Shown one piece after another: positions 16,636 to 24,000 of a DNA stretch of 24,000 nucleotides (position 1 is the stretch's first letter; the number at the start of each line of letters is the position of its first letter). The position numbers and the translations under genes were made by a program. The notes beneath the pieces were generated by a model. The model worked only from the letters and a program-made list of their open reading frames with translations, had not been told where the DNA came from and searched no databases. Source of the DNA: Kitasatospora sp. NPDC008050 (GTDB taxonomy: Bacteria > Actinomycetota > Actinomycetes > Streptomycetales > Streptomycetaceae); the NCBI RefSeq assembly GCF_042957465.1, contig NZ_JBIBIJ010000008.1, forward strand, positions 303,136 to 327,135, read 5' to 3'.

Positions 16636-18108
16636 CTACTCGTCGTCGGGCAGGTACCAGTGGTGCGGCGCGATGAGCCCGTCGATCGACCCGGGTCCCC
16701 AGGAGCCGGGCGCATACGGCTCCACGGGCCGTGGGTGGGCCAGGAGTCCGCCGGAGATCTCCCACAGGCGCTCGATGGAGTCCGAGCGGGTGAACAGCGA
16801 CTGGTCGCCCAGCATCGCGTCCAGCAGGAGGCGTTCGTAGCCCTCCAGGCCGTGCCGGCGCCGGAAGGAGTCCGCGTAGCGGAAGGTCATCTCCGCGGCG
16901 CCGAGCCGCATCGCCGGTCCCGGTTCCTTGGTGAGGAAGCGGGCGCTGATCCAGCCGGGATCGTCGAAGTCGATCACCAGGGCGTTGCCGCGTTCCGCGC
17001 CGGGGCCGTCGTGCGCGTCGTCGGGGAACATCCGCCGCGGGGGCTTCTTGAAGTGCAGGGTGACGGTCTGGCGGCGCTTGGCCATCGACTTGCCGGAGCG
17101 CAGGTAGAACGGGACACCGGACCACCGCCGGTTGTCCACCTGCGCGCGCAGCGCGATGAACGTCTCGGTCTGGGAGTTCGGGTCCACTCCTGGCTCGGCC
17201 CGGTATCCGTCGTACTGCCCGCGCACCACGGCCGCGGGGTCGAGGGGTTCGAGGGCGTTGAAGACCTTGGCCTTCTCGTCGCGCAGGGGCTGCGCGCTGA
17301 GGGAGGCGGGTGGCTCCATGGCCACGATGCCGAGCACCTGGAACAGGTGGGTGACGATCATGTCCCGGTAGGTGCCGGTCTCCTCGAAGAAGGCGGCGCG
17401 GCCCTCGATCCCGATCGTCTCGGGCACGTCGATCTCGACGTGGCTGATGTGCTCGCGGTTCCAGACGGGTTCGAACAGTCCGTTGGCGAAGCGCAGGGCG
17501 AGGATGTTGTCGACGGACTCCTTGCCCAGGAAGTGGTCGATGCGGAACACCTGGGACTCGTCGAAGACGGCGTGCACGGTCTCGTTGAGCGCGCGGGCCG
17601 AGGCGAGGTCGGTGCCGAACGGCTTCTCGATGATCACCCGGGTGTCGCGGGCCAGGCCGGTGTCGCCGAGCATGCCGATGACGGAGGTGAACGCGGCCGG
17701 TGGGACGGCCAGGTGGCACAGCCGGCGCGGGCTGCCGCCGATGGCCTGCTCGGCGGCCCGGACGGCGGTGAGCAGCGGCTGCGGATCCTCCGGGTCGGCA
17801 GCGCCGAAGCTCAAGCGGTCCTCGAAGGCCTGCCAGCTCGCGCCGGTGGGCTCGGCGAGGCCGAACTCCCGCACCGCATCCTCGGCGTGCCGGCGGAACT
17901 CCTCATCGCTGAGCGCGTACTGGGCCGGTGCCGAGCCGACGATCCGGTAATCCTCGGGGAGCAGGCCGGCCTTGGCGAGGTGGAACAGGCCCGGGAGCAG
18001 TTTGCGCCGGGCGAGGTCGCCGGTCGCGCCGAACAGCACGATGACGTGGTGCTCGGGGCGGTCGGTGGTCATGGGGGCGGTCGGGGCCGCGGGCGCTGTG
18101 GTGGTCAT
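16636..18108 (-). CDS. zwf: Glucose-6-phosphate 1-dehydrogenase
   Basis: Signatures are VLFGATGDLARRKLLPGLFHL (NADP site), RIDHFLGKE (active-site signature) and EKPFG. The start ATG 18108 overlaps the stop of the upstream remnant (ATGA). An alternative ATG is at 18072. Confidence 0.9.
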   Translation of the reverse strand: MTTTAPAAPTAPMTTDRPEHHVIVLFGATGDLARRKLLPGLFHLAKAGLLPEDYRIVGSAPAQYALSDEEFRRHAEDAVREFGLAEPTGASWQAFEDRLSFGAADPEDPQPLLTAVRAAEQAIGGSPRRLCHLAVPPAAFTSVIGMLGDTGLARDTRVIIEKPFGTDLASARALNETVHAVFDESQVFRIDHFLGKESVDNILALRFANGLFEPVWNREHISHVEIDVPETIGIEGRAAFFEETGTYRDMIVTHLFQVLGIVAMEPPASLSAQPLRDEKAKVFNALEPLDPAAVVRGQYDGYRAEPGVDPNSQTETFIALRAQVDNRRWSGVPFYLRSGKSMAKRRQTVTLHFKKPPRRMFPDDAHDGPGAERGNALVIDFDDPGWISARFLTKEPGPAMRLGAAEMTFRYADSFRRRHGLEGYERLLLDAMLGDQSLFTRSDSIERLWEISGGLLAHPRPVEPYAPGSWGPGSIDGLIAPHHWYLPDDE

Positions 18109-18179
18109 GGATTCTGCTTCTCTGCGTGTCCGCCGAACTCGCCGCGCATCGCGGAGAGGATCCTGTCCGTGAACTCGCC
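18105..18179 (-). pseudogene. C-terminal ~24-codon remnant resembling short-form 6-phosphogluconate dehydrogenase (gnd)
   Basis: ...EFTDRILSAMRGEFGGHAEKQNP* matches the conserved C-terminal L-S-A-[ML]-R-x-x-F-G-G-H of short-form Gnd as I recall it. Upstream sequence in every frame is not protein-like. The TGA overlaps the zwf ATG. Confidence 0.4.
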
Positions 18180-18416
18180 GGGGCCACAGGGGGCGGGAGC
18201 GCGACGGGTTCGCCGGGCCAGGGCACCTGCGGTCGGTCCGTCCACAGCACATGGTGCGGCCCTCCTGCCGTCCTCGTCGGCCGGGACACGGCGCCGCGGT
18301 GTTCTTCCTCCGGATGGGCCATCCGACCCGCTTGAGGCGCCGACGATCGGCGGGGCGACGAACGGCGCCACGGCGAGCGGCTCCGCGGCGAAGGGCGCCG
18401 AGGCACGGCGGCCGGT

Positions 18417-18536
18417 GACGGCCAGCAGTGCGGCGGGGTGGTCGGTGAGCACGGCGTCGGCGCCCAGCCGGGCGGCCTCGCGGTAGTCGGACGCGTTGCC
18501 GCCCCCGGCGCGGTGGGCGATCACGAGCGGACGACG
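18417..18536 (-). pseudogene. Glycerophosphodiester phosphodiesterase (GDPD) remnant with the central ~180 residues deleted
   Basis: RRPLVIAHRAGGGN (the GDPD N-terminal VIAHRG block) joins directly to ASDYREAARLGADAVLTDHPAALLAV (the GDPD C-terminal G-x-D-x-I-x-TD-x-P block). Confidence 0.5.
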
Positions 18537-18555
18537 GCTGCGGTCAGCCCCCCGG

Positions 18556-19131
18556 TCAGGCTGCGGGTGCACAGCTGCCGCCTCCCGCCCTCCCCACCCC
18601 TCGGCCCCGGGAGTCGCCCGCCGGCCCGGGTGGCGCCAACTGGCCGACGCAGCTGCCCTGGACGGCGGAGTACCCGATGAGCACCGGGCACCGGGCGTGC
18701 TTGAGGCAGTACCGCCGGGCCGAGCGGCCGCGGAAGCGGTGGCCCGGGCGGTGACCGCCGACTCCCAGCACGAGGAGGTCGGTGTCGTGCCGCGAGCAGG
18801 CGACGAGGGCCGGGCCGGGCTGCCCCCGAAGGACCGCGGGCGAGAGCCGCACGCCGTCCGGAATGTCCGGGATGTCCGCGAGGACGGCATCGCAAGCGGC
18901 CGCGAGCCGCTTCTCGGCCGCCTTCTCGTAACGGCGGCACAGGGCGTCGAGGGCCGGGAAGGAGGTCGGCTTCGAGGGGCGCGGCGCGTCGCCACCGGGC
19001 AGCTCCCATGCCAGCACCGGGCAGAGCTCGGCCTGGTGGCGCAGCGCCTCGTACGCGGCCCGCCGCAGTGCCAACAGGCTTCCCGGGGAGCCGTCCACAC
19101 CGACCACCACACGCTTCACGAGTACCGACAT
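18556..19131 (-). CDS. Universal stress protein (UspA family), paralogue 2, with an atypical 39-aa C-terminal extension
   Basis: Usp blocks are KRVVVGVDGSPGSLLAL...TDLLVLGVGGH...RYCLKHARCPVLI, followed by GYSAVQGSCVGQLAPPGPAGDSRGRGVGRAGGGSCAPAA. ATG 19131 is preceded by GGAGGAG. Confidence 0.8.
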   Translation of the reverse strand: MSVLVKRVVVGVDGSPGSLLALRRAAYEALRHQAELCPVLAWELPGGDAPRPSKPTSFPALDALCRRYEKAAEKRLAAACDAVLADIPDIPDGVRLSPAVLRGQPGPALVACSRHDTDLLVLGVGGHRPGHRFRGRSARRYCLKHARCPVLIGYSAVQGSCVGQLAPPGPAGDSRGRGVGRAGGGSCAPAA

Positions 19132-19204
19132 GCTCTCTCCACTCCTCCGGGTCCGGTCCGTGGTACGGCCCCCGCAGTCCGCCGCTGTCGCTCACCGTGG
19201 GGCC

Positions 19205-19219
19205 GCCTTCCACGCTAGG
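19205..19219 (-). promoter_or_regulatory. Conserved motif copy M1 (minus strand CCTAGCGTGGAAGGC) containing a TAGCGT -10-like hexamer, about 80 nt upstream of usp2
   Basis: It is near-identical to the copy upstream of usp3 (20640-20654). TAGCGT fits the Streptomyces TAnnnT -10 pattern. No good -35 is visible. Confidence 0.4.
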
Positions 19220-19388
19220 AGCCGGCCCGGGCGGACGGGTCGGCCGATCGGACCATGCGGTGGTGGATCCCGGCCGACCGCCCGACCGGTGGCGCATCAG
19301 CATCCGACCCCGAGACCGAGGGCCGGTCCGGCGGGTGTACGCCATCCGGTGGTATCGCCCCGGCCGAGCGGCCCGGAGCGAGGCCGGC

Positions 19389-19402
19389 GCCTTCTACGCT
19401 GG
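19389..19402 (-). promoter_or_regulatory. Conserved motif copy M2 (minus strand CCAGCGTAGAAGGC) followed by leader blocks paralogous to the usp3 leader
   Basis: Downstream on the minus strand, CGGATGGCG (19348-19340) and GGACCGGCC (19329-19321) occur in the same order and with similar spacing as in the usp3 leader (20603-20595, 20582-20574). Confidence 0.35.
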
Positions 19403-19562
19403 CCCGGTAGGCGGTGAAGAGCAGTCGTCAGGCCCGGTGGCACAGGACCCGTGCGTCCCTGGACCGTTCGGGGCGGACCGTGACCGAAGGTTGCCCAGCG
19501 CATGAGGTTCGACGAAGGTCCTGGCCCCGTCGCCGTGAGAACGTCGAGAACGTGATGCCGCG

Positions 19563-20030
19563 GTGAGCGCGCCCGGTCCTTCAACGCAGCCGCCCGCCGT
19601 GCCACCGCGCATCGGCGACGCGGCTGCCCTGGCCTGGCTGCTGGGGCTCAGCCTCCTCATCGTGACGCCCGACGTGCTGGCGGGCAGCTCCGTCCACCTC
19701 ACGTCGATGATCATCGTGCTGTGCGCCCTGGCCGCCGGCCTGTGCTCGCTCCGCATGACCGTGGTCGCCGCGCTGCTGACCGCCACCGTCCGCCCCCTGC
19801 TCTACCTCACCGAACCGCCCGCCTCCGTCGCGGACGGGGTGGTCAGCGCGGTGGTGACGGCGATGGTCGCCGCCCTGGCGGGCGAGTTCTACCCGCTGGA
19901 GGACCGCCTGCCGGCCTGGCGAGGACTCGGCCGGGACGGCCGAGGCCCTGCGGCATGACCTGCACGCCTACGCCCCCGGCCGCGCCCGCGCCCGCGACGA
20001 CGTGACGGCCCTGGTGCTCCGCCGGGTCGG
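19563..20030 (+). pseudogene. Possible remnant of a membrane-anchored PP2C/SpoIIE-type phosphatase (N-terminal TM region joined by a frameshift to the extreme C-terminus)
   Basis: The ORF 19563-19958 encodes about 3 hydrophobic helices. The adjacent frame reads ...GEDSAGTAEALRHDLHAYAPGRARARDDVTALVLRRV, resembling the DD-x-T-L-L-V-L-R ending of SpoIIE/PP2C domains. The catalytic domain is absent. Confidence 0.25.
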
Positions 20031-20068
20031 CGGGAGCACCGGAGAAGGAACGGGCATCGGCCGGACCG

Positions 20069-20518
20069 TCAGTGGTCGAAGTCACGGAGCACCACGACCG
20101 GGCAACGCGCGTGCTGGACGCAGTACTGACTCACCGAGCCCGCCAGCACGTTGACGAAGGCGTGGTGCTCCCGCCTGCCCAGGACCAGCAGGTCCGCACC
20201 CGCCGCCCGCCCCAGCAGTTCCTCGGCGGCGTTGCCGAGCAGAACGGTCTGCCGGATCTCCACGGGCGGGTCGCCCCCGGCCACGTCGGCCACCGTGCGG
20301 GCCAGCGTGTGGCCGGTCTCCTCGCCCAGCCGGGGCTCCGGCTTGGCCATGACGACCCCGTACATCGCGGGATAGACCCAGCAGGCCACGGCGTCCACCA
20401 CCGCGCCGGTGGCCCGGGCCTGGCCGATCGCCCATTCCAGGGCCCGCCGGGAGGAGGGCGAACCGTCCACCCCGACCACGATCCGGCCCTCGGCCGTGCT
20501 CTCGTTCACGCTGCCCAT
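20069..20518 (-). CDS. Universal stress protein (UspA family), paralogue 3
   Basis: Usp blocks are RIVVGVDGSPSSRRALEWA...ADLLVLGRREHHAF...GSVSQYCVQHARCPVVVL. ATG 20518 lies 9 nt after GGAG. The track start at 20527 directly abuts the GGAG. Confidence 0.85.
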   Translation of the reverse strand: MGSVNESTAEGRIVVGVDGSPSSRRALEWAIGQARATGAVVDAVACWVYPAMYGVVMAKPEPRLGEETGHTLARTVADVAGGDPPVEIRQTVLLGNAAEELLGRAAGADLLVLGRREHHAFVNVLAGSVSQYCVQHARCPVVVLRDFDH

Positions 20519-20639
20519 CACGTCCATCTCCTACCGGTCACGGCTGCCACCGGGAGGGTCCCGGCGTTCGGGCGGCCGGTCCCATCGACCGGCCCGCCAT
20601 CCGCAGGCTCCCGGTGATGACCGGGCCGGCCCCTCGGAC

Positions 20640-20654
20640 GCCTTCAACGCTAGG
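20640..20654 (-). promoter_or_regulatory. Conserved motif copy M3 (minus strand CCTAGCGTTGAAGGC) with a TAGCGT -10-like hexamer, about 130 nt upstream of usp3 in the usp3/adh divergent region
   Basis: See M1 and M2. The shared upstream element CCACCGGTCGG (20702-20692) also occurs upstream of M1 (19292-19282). Confidence 0.4.
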
Positions 20655-20838
20655 CAGCCGCGGCCCGCCCCCGGCACCCCCGACCGGTCGACCGACCGGT
20701 GGACCGCGCTCCCACCGATTCGCTCCGGACGACGCCGGGAATCCCGCCGGGTCGGCGTCCGCAGGAGAGTCGGCCGGGTGTCTCCGACAATGGAGGTAGT
20801 TCGTCGGCCGGACCAGGAGCTCTAGGAGAACCCCCGCC

Positions 20839-21879
20839 ATGACCACCGTTTCCGCCTATGCCACGCCCGCCGCCAAGGCCCCGCTGGAGCGCACGACCAT
20901 CGAGCGCCGCGCGGTCGGCGAGAGCGACGTAATGATCGACATCAAGTTCGTCGGGATCTGCCACTCCGACATCCACCAGGCCCGCGAGGGCTGGGGCGAG
21001 GCGATCTTCCCGATGGTGCCCGGCCACGAGATCGCGGGCGTGGTCGCCGAGGTCGGCCCCGGCGTGACGAAGTTCCGGGTCGGCGACCGGGTGGGTGTCG
21101 GCTGCATGGTCGACTCCTGCCGCCGGTGCGACAACTGCAAAGCCGGCCTGGAGCAGTACTGCGCCGAGGGCCCCGTGTGGACCTACAACGCCGTCGGCAA
21201 GGACGGGCAGCCCACGTACGGCGGCTACTCGCAGAAGGTCGTCGTCGACGAGAACTACGTCGTGCGCATCCCACTGGGCCTGTCCCTGGACGTGGCGGCC
21301 CCGCTGCTGTGCGCCGGCATCACCACCTACTCACCGCTGCGGCACTGGAACGCCGGCCCCGGCAAGAAGGTCGCCGTCGTCGGCCTCGGCGGCCTCGGCC
21401 ACGTGGCCGTGAAGATCGCGCACGCGCTCGGTGCCGAGGTCACGGTCCTGTCCCAGTCGCTGCGCAAGAAGGACGACGGCCTGCGGCTGGGCGCCGACCA
21501 CTACCACGCCACCAGCGACCCGAAGACCTTCGAGGAACTCGCGGGCAGCCTCGACCTCATCCTCAACACCGTCTCCGCGCCGCTCGACTTCGCCGCCTAC
21601 GCCTCGCTGCTGCGCACGGACGGGACGATGGTGAACCTCGGTCTCCCCGAGGAGCCGGTGCAGATCGTGCTCCAGTCGCTCTTCGGCAACCGCCGCAGCA
21701 TGAGCAGCTCAGGCATCGGCGGCATCGCCGAGACCCAGGAGATGCTGGACTTCTGCGCCGCGCACGGGGTGGCGGCCGAGATCGAGCTGATCCGCGCGGA
21801 CGAGATCAACGACGCCTACGAGCGGGTGCTCGCGAGCGACGTCCGCTACCGCTTCGTCATCGACACGGCCACCATCTGA
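20839..21879 (+). CDS. Zinc-dependent NADP alcohol dehydrogenase (cinnamyl-alcohol/AdhC/YahK-like MDR)
   Basis: Signatures are [31 protein letters not shown] (catalytic Zn), [15 protein letters not shown] (structural Zn) and [13 protein letters not shown] (NADP Rossmann). AGGAGAA lies upstream of ATG 20839. Confidence 0.9.
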   Translation: MTTVSAYATPAAKAPLERTTIERRAVGESDVMIDIKFVGICHSDIHQAREGWGEAIFPMVPGHEIAGVVAEVGPGVTKFRVGDRVGVGCMVDSCRRCDNCKAGLEQYCAEGPVWTYNAVGKDGQPTYGGYSQKVVVDENYVVRIPLGLSLDVAAPLLCAGITTYSPLRHWNAGPGKKVAVVGLGGLGHVAVKIAHALGAEVTVLSQSLRKKDDGLRLGADHYHATSDPKTFEELAGSLDLILNTVSAPLDFAAYASLLRTDGTMVNLGLPEEPVQIVLQSLFGNRRSMSSSGIGGIAETQEMLDFCAAHGVAAEIELIRADEINDAYERVLASDVRYRFVIDTATI

Positions 21880-21886
21880 GCCCCGG

Positions 21887-21928
21887 GCGGACTTTGGGCG
21901 GACCCTCGCGGACCTTGGGCGGACCCTC
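21887..21928 (+). promoter_or_regulatory. Tandem 21-bp repeat x2 (20/21 identical), giving with one extra upstream core four GCGGAC cores phased 11/10/11 bp, about 40 bp upstream of the response-regulator gene
   Basis: The repeat units are gcggactttgggcggaccctc (21887-21907) and gcggaccttgggcggaccctc (21908-21928). An AT-enriched stretch follows (21929-21955), then GAGAGGG and ATG 21968. Confidence 0.6.
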
Positions 21929-21967
21929 TAAGAGAGTTCTAAAAGCGCTGTTTGAGAGGGTTGTCCC

Positions 21968-22654
21968 ATGAGCAACGAGTGGAAGATCCTCGTCGTGGAC
22001 GACGACCCGGAGGTCCGCGGCGCCGTCGAGGACGGTCTGGCCGTCGAGGGCTACGCGGTACGGGGTGTCGCCGACGGCCTCGCGGCCCTCTCCGAGCTCG
22101 GCCACTGGCAGGCCGACGCGATCGTGCTGGATCTCCTGATGCCCGTCATGGACGGCCTCGCCGTCTGCCGGCAGCTGCGCGCGCTCGGCGACCGCACTCC
22201 GGTCCTGGTGCTCACCGCACGGGACTCGGTCAGCGACCGGGTGGACGGCCTGGACGCCGGGGCGGACGACTATCTGGTCAAGCCCTTCGCGCTCGACGAA
22301 CTGGCCGCACGACTGCGCGCGCTGCTGCGCCGCACGGTCCCCCACCCCAGTGACGACATGATCCGCGTCGGCGACCTGGCGATCGACCCGGCCGGCCGCA
22401 GCGGGCGCCGGGGCGAGCGGTCGATGGAGTTCTCGCGCACCGAGTTCGCCCTGCTGGAACTGCTGATGCTGCACGCGGGCCAGGTGCTGCCGCGCGAGAT
22501 GATCGTGGAACGGGTCTGGGGCGTCGACTTCGGCCCGGACTCCAACTCCCTGGCCGTCTACATCGGTTACCTGCGCCGCAAACTGGAGGCCGGCGGCGAG
22601 CCCCGGCTGGTGCACACCGTGCACGGCATCGGCTACCGGCTGGACCCGGCGTGA
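21968..22654 (+). CDS. OmpR/PhoB-family response regulator
   Basis: The receiver domain has KILVVDDDPEV...DAIVLDLLMPVMDG...VLVLTARD...DDYLVKPF. The winged-helix output has RTEFALLELLMLHAGQVLPRE...VYIGYLRRKL...VHTVHGIGYRL. Confidence 0.9.
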   Translation: MSNEWKILVVDDDPEVRGAVEDGLAVEGYAVRGVADGLAALSELGHWQADAIVLDLLMPVMDGLAVCRQLRALGDRTPVLVLTARDSVSDRVDGLDAGADDYLVKPFALDELAARLRALLRRTVPHPSDDMIRVGDLAIDPAGRSGRRGERSMEFSRTEFALLELLMLHAGQVLPREMIVERVWGVDFGPDSNSLAVYIGYLRRKLEAGGEPRLVHTVHGIGYRLDPA

Positions 22655-24000
22655 GGGCCCATGCCCGCTGGCGGCGGCGCCGGCCGCTGCGCACCCGGCT
22701 GGCGCTCGCCGGGTCGGCGGCGGTCGCCCTGGTGGCGATCGGCGTGTGCCTGGCGGCCTTCACCATCGTCCGCTACGAGCTGCGCCACCAGCTCGACCTG
22801 CACCTCGTCCAGCAGGCCACCATGCTCCAGCAGCAGGAGCGCAGCCACCCGCCGGGCGTCGTCTACGGCGAGTGCGGCTACCTCGCCGCGCCCGCGTGCA
22901 CGCAGATCGTCCCGGCCGCCACCCGGTTGGACCCGGCCGAGCCCTACCTGCTGCCGGTCACCGCGGAAACCCGCCAGGTCGCGGCCGGGCAGCGCCCGGC
23001 GTACTACACGGACATCCAGATCAGCGGACACCCGGCCCGGATGTACACCGCCAGGTTCGGCGGCACCCAGGCCGTCCAGGTCGCCCTGCGCTCGGACGCC
23101 GTGGACCGCGGGGTGCGCCAGGCCGGCGAGCTGATGGCGGCCGTGGCCGGGGCCGGTGTCCTGCTGGCCGGGGTGCTCGGCTACGTGCTGGCCCGCACCG
23201 GACTGGCGCCGGTCGCCCGGCTGACCGCCACCGCCGAACGGATCGCGGCCACCCGTGACGCCGGTCTGCGGATCGAGCTGCCGCCGGGCCGGCACGAGGA
23301 CGAGGTGACCCGGCTCGCCCGCAGCTTCAACACCATGCTCGGCGAGCTGGAGCAGTCGGTCACCGCCCAGCGCCGTCTGGTCGCCGACGCCTCGCACGAG
23401 CTGCGCACCCCGCTGACGGCGCTGCGCACCAACGCCGAACTGCTCGCCCGCACGGACCGGTTGACGCCGGCGCAGCGGGACAGGGCGGCGGCCGGGCTGA
23501 ACCGCCAGCTGCGCGAGGTCACCAGCATGGTGAACGACCTGATCGAGCTGGCCCGGGACGAGGAGCCGCAGCTGCTGCTGGAGCGGGTGCGGCCGGCCGC
23601 ACTGGTCGAGCACTGCGTGGCCGCGGCCCGCGACCACTGGCCCGCCGTGGCGTTCGACCTGGCCGTCGCACCCGACACCGTCGGTCTCACCCTGCCGGGC
23701 GTGCCGGCGCGGCTCGTCCGGCTCTTCTCCAACGTGCTGGACAACGCGGCCAAGTTCAGTCCTGCGGGCGGCACGGTCGAGGTGACGCTGACCGGCTCGC
23801 CGCTCCAGCTGACCGTCCGGGACCACGGTCCGGGCATCGCGCCCGAGGACCTCCCCCATGTCTTCGACCGGTTCTACCGCGCCTCCGCCGCCCGGGCGCT
23901 GCCCGGCTCCGGCCTCGGACTCGCGATGGCCCGGCAGATCGCGCAGGCCCACGGCGCCGCGCTCACCGCCGAGTCGGCCCCGGGCGGCGGCGCGCTCTTC
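22651..24000 (+). CDS. Sensor histidine kinase (TM-sensor-TM-HAMP-HisKA-HATPase); the 3' end is off the window
   Basis: GTG 22651 overlaps the regulator stop (GTGA). The H-box is ADASHELRTPLTAL, the N-box LDNAAKFSP, G1 DHGPGI and G2 GSGLGLAMA. It is not in the ORF track because it has no stop in the window; the track ORF 22661-23134 is an off-frame shadow. Confidence 0.9.
   Translation, partial: MRAHARWRRRRPLRTRLALAGSAAVALVAIGVCLAAFTIVRYELRHQLDLHLVQQATMLQQQERSHPPGVVYGECGYLAAPACTQIVPAATRLDPAEPYLLPVTAETRQVAAGQRPAYYTDIQISGHPARMYTARFGGTQAVQVALRSDAVDRGVRQAGELMAAVAGAGVLLAGVLGYVLARTGLAPVARLTATAERIAATRDAGLRIELPPGRHEDEVTRLARSFNTMLGELEQSVTAQRRLVADASHELRTPLTALRTNAELLARTDRLTPAQRDRAAAGLNRQLREVTSMVNDLIELARDEEPQLLLERVRPAALVEHCVAAARDHWPAVAFDLAVAPDTVGLTLPGVPARLVRLFSNVLDNAAKFSPAGGTVEVTLTGSPLQLTVRDHGPGIAPEDLPHVFDRFYRASAARALPGSGLGLAMARQIAQAHGAALTAESAPGGGALF

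Noticed and set aside
22661-23134. Track ORF MPAGGGAGRCAPGWRS... as the gene downstream of the response regulator
   Set aside because: It is off-frame. The frame starting at GTG 22651 gives TM segments, HAMP, H-box and ATPase motifs and stays open to the window end.

Overview
This is very GC-rich actinomycete chromosomal DNA (Streptomyces/Kitasatospora-like). Codon third positions are strongly G/C biased, so many long ORFs in the six-frame track are antisense or off-frame shadows. Supported genes from left to right are listed here. (1) ispG (partial), a small PhaR-domain protein, an ABC1/UbiB-type kinase and an amidohydrolase. (2) A minus-strand cell-envelope block: MurG-like GT28, a sugar-nucleotide SDR, an LCP ligase and a D,D-carboxypeptidase. 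(3) A lower-GC insert at about 10.4-12.3 kb. It carries a 5'-truncated polymorphic-toxin cassette (pretoxin-Hint tail plus a DddA/SCP1.201-like deaminase domain) followed by two small immunity-like ORFs. (4) A stress-type block with three universal-stress-protein paralogues, a FUSC-family membrane protein, zwf and an NADP alcohol dehydrogenase. (5) An OmpR-family response regulator and a histidine kinase (3' end off window). The region is littered with internally deleted or truncated gene remnants (VOC, GMC oxidoreductase, GDPD, short-form gnd, probable PP2C). This fits a decaying accessory or chromosome-arm region. The most interesting item is the orphan deaminase toxin/immunity island. Secondary items are a recurring promoter/leader module upstream of the usp genes, a phased GCGGAC direct-repeat array in front of the two-component operon, and a perfect palindrome abutting the MurG-like start codon. 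I found no rRNA, tRNA, CRISPR array, transposase or integrase. All calls come from hand translation and remembered family signatures. No database search was run.
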